Source: a bacterium (lineage in GTDB: Bacteria; Hydrothermota; 32-111). From it: DNA of 19,955 nt. Below, in pieces: positions 15,591 to 19,955 of the stretch. The stretch is taken from NCBI GenBank assembly GCA_046484245.1, contig JAWOBN010000091.1, positions 1 through 19,955 of the forward strand. Direction: 5' to 3'. A program made the translations under genes and the position numbers. The notes beneath the pieces are model-generated. The model did not search any database. It had not been told where the DNA came from and saw nothing but the letters and a program-made list of their open reading frames with translations. Numbering within the stretch: position 1 is the stretch's first letter; every line of letters starts with the position of its first letter.

Positions 15591-16137
15591 CGTACATCTC
15601 CTCTTCACTGAATATTTCAGCACTGAATATATATATATCCGTATCCGGGTCATTGTAGCAGTCCGGTCCCATTCCTGCTTTCATGCATGTTGATGAGAGG
15701 AATTTTTCCCTGTCATATCCCCATTCAACTGCAACCTGGGGAAGGAGCAGACCGGAAGCATAGCCCCTCTTCATAAATATACCGTGTTCTCCTACATTGA
15801 TCTCACTGATATCCTCTGTCTTTTTCAGAGGGGTCATTACAGATATCTCAATATTCACTGCATTGAGTTCATCTTCTCTCAAGGGGGGGAACCGGGGATC
15901 ATGAAAACCGGCTTTAACAGCCATTGTGCTGACAGCCCTGTAGAGTGGTTCAACTCCCTCTATGTAGCCTATGCAGCCGCGCAAATCATCATTCTTCTTC
16001 AATGTGACGAATACACCCCTCTCCTCTCTGAGGATATCCGAATCAGGGAGGGTCTGGCTTATGTCATTCCCGCGCAGATGTGATTCAATTGCTGTTCTGG
16101 CAGTCTCAAGGAGATAGAGTTTTTCACTTCTTTCCAT
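15583..16137 (-). CDS. amrA: AmmeMemoRadiSam system protein A (AMMECR1 family)
   Basis: GVFVTL....LRGCIG, DPRFPPL, IEISVMTP, GLLLPQVAVE, CMKAG. Start moved to ATG 16137 with GGGGGA upstream. Confidence 0.93.
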   Translation of the reverse strand: MERSEKLYLLETARTAIESHLRGNDISQTLPDSDILREERGVFVTLKKNDDLRGCIGYIEGVEPLYRAVSTMAVKAGFHDPRFPPLREDELNAVNIEISVMTPLKKTEDISEINVGEHGIFMKRGYASGLLLPQVAVEWGYDREKFLSSTCMKAGMGPDCYNDPDTDIYIFSAEIFSEEEMYGD

Positions 16138-16957
16138 TGTCAAATCCCCCGAATGCCGCATAGCCGACATTGTATCCGGAATAATCGCCTGTAATATCAC
16201 TGCTTGCTGAATGATCCAGTAATCTGACAGTCAGATTACTGATTCTGTTTATTCCCAGTATTATGCCTATGGGTCCGCCTCCGCAGCAGCAGGCAGTATT
16301 CTCCGACTCCATATCCTCAAAATAATCCATGAATTTCTTCATGCTGTTCTGTTCAATTTCCCTGATTGTATTGCTGTCAACATCCATGCCCTCATCATAA
16401 TCATAACCGTGATACAGATCCGATGATGCTATAAAGAGCGTCTTTCCTGTATTTGCATCCGCAATCTTCTCAAGCATGATATTTATATGTTTTCTGTCCT
16501 GCCTGCCCATGAGAATGGGGACAACCTTGATTTTGTTGCCGGCAAGATATCTGACAAAAGGCATCTGAACTTCAAGGGAATGCTCATTATCATGCACTCT
16601 GTTCTCTATGATAATTGAGTCAGTGCTCAGTCTCTCCTGGAAATCCCTGTCTATATCAAGAGGTCCCAGGGGTGTATCCCACTGGTCATAATCACTCATG
16701 GCAAAACCCTTGAAGAGATGATGATGAGATGGGCCTATGAACACTATGCGTTCATATGCCTCAGGATCAATCATTGAATAGAGATGGGCTGCAGTCCAGC
16801 CCGAATATATGATGCCTGCATGCGGGACAATACCTGTTTTCAGTGTATTGTCTCTGTTCTTCTCTGCCTTTTCAATCATTGCACCTATATTCCTCTTCAG
16901 TTCAGAGCTGTCCGCAGGATAGAACCTCCCTGCAAAAACACTGTTTCTTATACTCAT
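16124..16957 (-). CDS. amrB: AmmeMemoRadiSam system protein B (MEMO1 family)
   Basis: R.SVFAGRFYP, VPHAGIIYSG, IGPSH, WDTPLG, EHSLEVQMPF, IASSDLYH, CG.GP, VGYAA. AAGGAG RBS. Confidence 0.93.
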   Translation of the reverse strand: MSIRNSVFAGRFYPADSSELKRNIGAMIEKAEKNRDNTLKTGIVPHAGIIYSGWTAAHLYSMIDPEAYERIVFIGPSHHHLFKGFAMSDYDQWDTPLGPLDIDRDFQERLSTDSIIIENRVHDNEHSLEVQMPFVRYLAGNKIKVVPILMGRQDRKHINIMLEKIADANTGKTLFIASSDLYHGYDYDEGMDVDSNTIREIEQNSMKKFMDYFEDMESENTACCCGGGPIGIILGINRISNLTVRLLDHSASSDITGDYSGYNVGYAAFGGFDNGKK

Positions 16958-17017
16958 TTTACTCCTTTGCCTGTATAATCCGGTACATCTTATTTATTTT
17001 CTGATAAATACCTGTCA

Positions 17018-17899
17018 TTATAATCCTTTTATTTTGTATTTGCCGAGCGTATCCGTCACTCTGTTTCTGAAACACTCAGAGAGATCCGCCAGGGGAAGCC
17101 TTAAATTACCGGTGTCCAGTTTCAGATATTTCATTGCAAATTTGAGTGGTATCGGGTTGGTTTCAACAAAGAGCGCCCTTGCAAGCGGATACAGCTTCCT
17201 GTGGAGCTCTGTAGCATCCATTGTCTGACCGGAATAGTATAATTCAAAGAGTGACTGCATCAGGTCCGGCACGACATTGGATATTGTGGAGATAACACCG
17301 CTTGCCCCTGCAGACATCATAGGCAGGGTAATTGAGTCCTCCCCCGACATGACACGGAATCCCTCTCTTGCCTTTATCAGTATTTCCGTTGTCTGATTTA
17401 TTGACCCTGATGCCTCTTTAATACCCGTAATACCATCTATCTCGGAAAGCGCTGCAACTGTGTCCGGTTCAATATTGACACCTGTTCTGGACGGAACATT
17501 GTATATGACAATATCCATTTCCGTTTTTTCTGCTACTTCCTTGAAATGCCCGTACAATCCCCTCTGCGAGGGTTTATTGTAATAAGGTGTTATTACAAGA
17601 GCATAATCAGCCCCTATCTCACCTGCCTTATTGGTTCTTGAAATTGTCTTGGATGTATTGTTCGTGCCTGTGCCTGCAATAACATAAACCCTCTTGTCTG
17701 CTGTCTTTACTGCTGTTTCAATTGTCTCAAAGAGTTCACTGTCTGACAGGGCAGGAGCTTCTCCGGTTGTCCCGCATGACAGTATGCCGGACACCCCGCT
17801 TTCTATCTGTCTGTTTATCTGCTTAATGTACTGCCGGAAATCTATCTCCAGATTGTCATTGAAAGGTGTTATGAGTGCAGTGCAGCATCCTTTCAGCAT
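17018..17899 (-). CDS. dapA: 4-hydroxy-tetrahydrodipicolinate synthase
   Basis: TALITPF, CGTTGE, VIAGTGTNNT, ITPYYNKPSQ, IYNVPSRTG, GIKEASG (Schiff-base Lys), SGED, LFVETNPIPLK. AGGAGG RBS. Confidence 0.95.
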   Translation of the reverse strand: MLKGCCTALITPFNDNLEIDFRQYIKQINRQIESGVSGILSCGTTGEAPALSDSELFETIETAVKTADKRVYVIAGTGTNNTSKTISRTNKAGEIGADYALVITPYYNKPSQRGLYGHFKEVAEKTEMDIVIYNVPSRTGVNIEPDTVAALSEIDGITGIKEASGSINQTTEILIKAREGFRVMSGEDSITLPMMSAGASGVISTISNVVPDLMQSLFELYYSGQTMDATELHRKLYPLARALFVETNPIPLKFAMKYLKLDTGNLRLPLADLSECFRNRVTDTLGKYKIKGL

Positions 17900-17908
17900 A
17901 ATTGCCTC

Positions 17909-18559
17909 CTATTTAACCATTAAATCTTCTTTCTTCAGCCCTGTGTTGATCTTCACATCCTTGTAGAGAACATCCTCCACCATAACACCATTCTCATAGT
18001 GCTTGAATCCGATTATCCTTCCTGAAGGAGCAAAGAGTATCTTCGCCCGGGTGAATCCGAATTCCTCAACAGGGATTCCCTTTACTTCAATATAATCGGC
18101 TGTCAATGTGTCCAAATCCGTTTCTCCTGTCGTCACTTCAGTATCGGATTTCAATATGCGCTCCAGTCTCTCCATTACATGGAACCACGGTGATTCAGCA
18201 ATGGTGATGCCCCTTATATTCTGCACAAGGGAATTGGTCAGCGGAAGTGTCAGTTTGACAAAACGCAGCATGCCGCCTCTTCTGCCTGTTGTCTTCTCTG
18301 TCTCCGGGTCATAAAAAGCTTTGGAACCGAGCCTGTCACCCTCAATGGACTCCATGTATATATATCCGGGTTCAAGATATCTGTATTCCCATACAGTAGA
18401 GGAGGTCTCACTGCCTTTGACAAGGTCATTGTGAAGCCTGCATGTATAGTCATTTATTGTATCGGAAAAACCTTCCCACCTCTCAATGATACTCTCTGCA
18501 GTTGACGCACTTGCCAGTAATGCCATAACAATCAGAATGAACAATAATCTTAATTTCAT
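17909..18559 (-). CDS. Exported protein of unknown function, possibly LolA-like / DUF1571-like
   Basis: Signal peptide [21 protein letters not shown] and a beta-rich body. [12 protein letters not shown] and the C-terminal [15 protein letters not shown] resemble LolA-fold proteins. ATGA overlap with the lon stop. Confidence 0.55.
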   Translation of the reverse strand: MKLRLLFILIVMALLASASTAESIIERWEGFSDTINDYTCRLHNDLVKGSETSSTVWEYRYLEPGYIYMESIEGDRLGSKAFYDPETEKTTGRRGGMLRFVKLTLPLTNSLVQNIRGITIAESPWFHVMERLERILKSDTEVTTGETDLDTLTADYIEVKGIPVEEFGFTRAKILFAPSGRIIGFKHYENGVMVEDVLYKDVKINTGLKKEDLMVK

Positions 18560-19955
18560 TTCTTATCCCCCTTTTTTATAAGAGCCAGCTGGAAAACACT
18601 GTCCAGTTTCGTTACAAAATGGAAATCCATGCCCTTCAGTGTATTGTCCGGTATATCATCAAGATCTCTTTTGTTCTGTTTGGGCATTATGATCTCCTTG
18701 ATGCCGGCAAGCTTTGCTCCAATTACCTTTTCCTTCACACCGCCTATGGGAAGCACCTTGCCCCTCAGTGACAGTTCGCCTGTCATTGCAATATCATGTC
18801 TCACAGGAATACCTGAAAGCACTGATACAATGGCTGTCGCCAATGTGATGCCTGCAGAAGGACCGTCTTTGGGTATTGCGCCTTCTGGAAGATGTATGTG
18901 CAGATCGTATTCCTCAAATTCCTTTATATCAATATTGAATTTCTTATAATTGGATTTGATATACGACATGGCTGCCTTTGCTGATTCCTGCATAACATCA
19001 CCAAGCTGTCCTGTCAGTGTCAGCTTACCCTTGCCCGGCATTTTTATTGCTTCAACAAAGAGTATCATGCCGCCCATTGGTGTCCAAGCCAGACCTGTTG
19101 CAATGCCTTTGCGAGCTTTCTTCTCTGCGCGGTCTGCAAGGAATTTCCTCTTGCCCAGGTATCTGCCTACACTGCGCGAGGAAACCGTTGTCTTCCTCCT
19201 GTTATTCATTACCTTCTTCTTTGCAACCTTTCTGCATATACTGCCTATTGTCCTCTCCAGATTTCTCACACCGGCTTCTCTTGTATATCCGTCAATTATC
19301 TTTCTTATGCCGTCCTCTTTAAAGGCAATATCCTTCTTCTTGAGGCCATTCTCCTTTATCTGACGCGGTATGAGATAATCCTTTGCAATATGCACCTTGT
19401 CCTCTATTGTGTATCCCGGCAGCTTTATCACCTCCATTCTGTCTCTGAGTGCAGGCGGTATTGTATAAAGCACATTGGCTGTTGTTATGAACATCACCTT
19501 TGATAGATCATATGGGATCTCCAGATAATGATCTGCAAATGTATTATTCTGCTCAGGATCCAGGACCTCAAGCAATGCGCTTGACGGGTCACCCCTGAAA
19601 TCCGAACCGACCTTGTCTATTTCATCAAGCATGAAGACAGGATTGGATGTGCCCGCTTTCTTCATTGCCTGTATTATCCTGCCGGGCAATGCACCGACAT
19701 ATGTCCTTCTGTGACCCCTTATCTCAGCTTCATCGCGTATTCCGCCCAGTGAGAGCCGCACAAACTCCCTGCCCAGAGCTCTCGCAATGGATTTGCCCAG
19801 TGATGTCTTGCCCACTCCCGGAGGGCCGACAAAACACAGTATGGGGCCCTTGCTGTCCTTCTTGAGTTTCTTTACTGCAAGATACTCCAGTATTCTGGTC
19901 TTGATCTTCTCCAGATCATAATGATCCTCATTGAGGATTTTCTCAGCTCTCTTTA
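18556..19955 (-). CDS. lon: ATP-dependent Lon protease (endopeptidase La), 5' end outside the window
   Basis: The frame is open to the window edge ([27 protein letters not shown]...[16 protein letters not shown]). Also [26 protein letters not shown] (catalytic Ser) and IGGVKEK. Confidence 0.98.
   Translation of the reverse strand, partial: KRAEKILNEDHYDLEKIKTRILEYLAVKKLKKDSKGPILCFVGPPGVGKTSLGKSIARALGREFVRLSLGGIRDEAEIRGHRRTYVGALPGRIIQAMKKAGTSNPVFMLDEIDKVGSDFRGDPSSALLEVLDPEQNNTFADHYLEIPYDLSKVMFITTANVLYTIPPALRDRMEVIKLPGYTIEDKVHIAKDYLIPRQIKENGLKKKDIAFKEDGIRKIIDGYTREAGVRNLERTIGSICRKVAKKKVMNNRRKTTVSSRSVGRYLGKRKFLADRAEKKARKGIATGLAWTPMGGMILFVEAIKMPGKGKLTLTGQLGDVMQESAKAAMSYIKSNYKKFNIDIKEFEEYDLHIHLPEGAIPKDGPSAGITLATAIVSVLSGIPVRHDIAMTGELSLRGKVLPIGGVKEKVIGAKLAGIKEIIMPKQNKRDLDDIPDNTLKGMDFHFVTKLDSVFQLALIKKGDKK

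Noticed and set aside
16958..17017. Terminator or promoter in the 60-nt dapA-amrB gap
   Set aside because: Only an all-AT dyad (TATTTAT...ATAAATA) and a weak ATGACA/TAAATA match, too weak to call.
170..19865. The many 60-180-aa antisense or alternate-frame ORFs inside the assigned genes (e.g. 11166-11702, 18950-19363, 4857-5207)
   Set aside because: They are nested in well-supported conserved genes, have the composition of shadow ORFs and contain no recognisable motifs.

Overview
Bacterial chromosomal window that is mostly housekeeping genes. The taxon cannot be assigned from the sequence alone. Left end: the 5' half of a TPP riboswitch (minus strand, cut by the window edge), downstream of a secreted tricorn-like S41 protease gene. 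Positions 4096-12561 (+) form one tightly packed run: rpmH-rnpA-yidD-yidC-jag (no R3H domain)-mnmE-rph-rluD-topA-Mpv17/PMP22-like. It meets, across a 1-nt gap, a minus-strand run: lon (partial)-LolA-like exported protein-dapA-amrB-amrA-purD-ABC substrate-binding protein-xerC. The unusual part is the ~950-bp non-coding region 3141-4095, where dnaA/oriC usually lies upstream of rpmH. It holds a 162-bp element with 35-bp inverted arms and nested hairpins, a GTAG-footed REP hairpin, a second REP-like palindrome, and a dense patchwork of unrelated 7- and 9-nt tandem repeats. This looks like a hotspot for remnants of several small non-autonomous elements (inference). All calls come from reading motifs by eye; no database searches were run.
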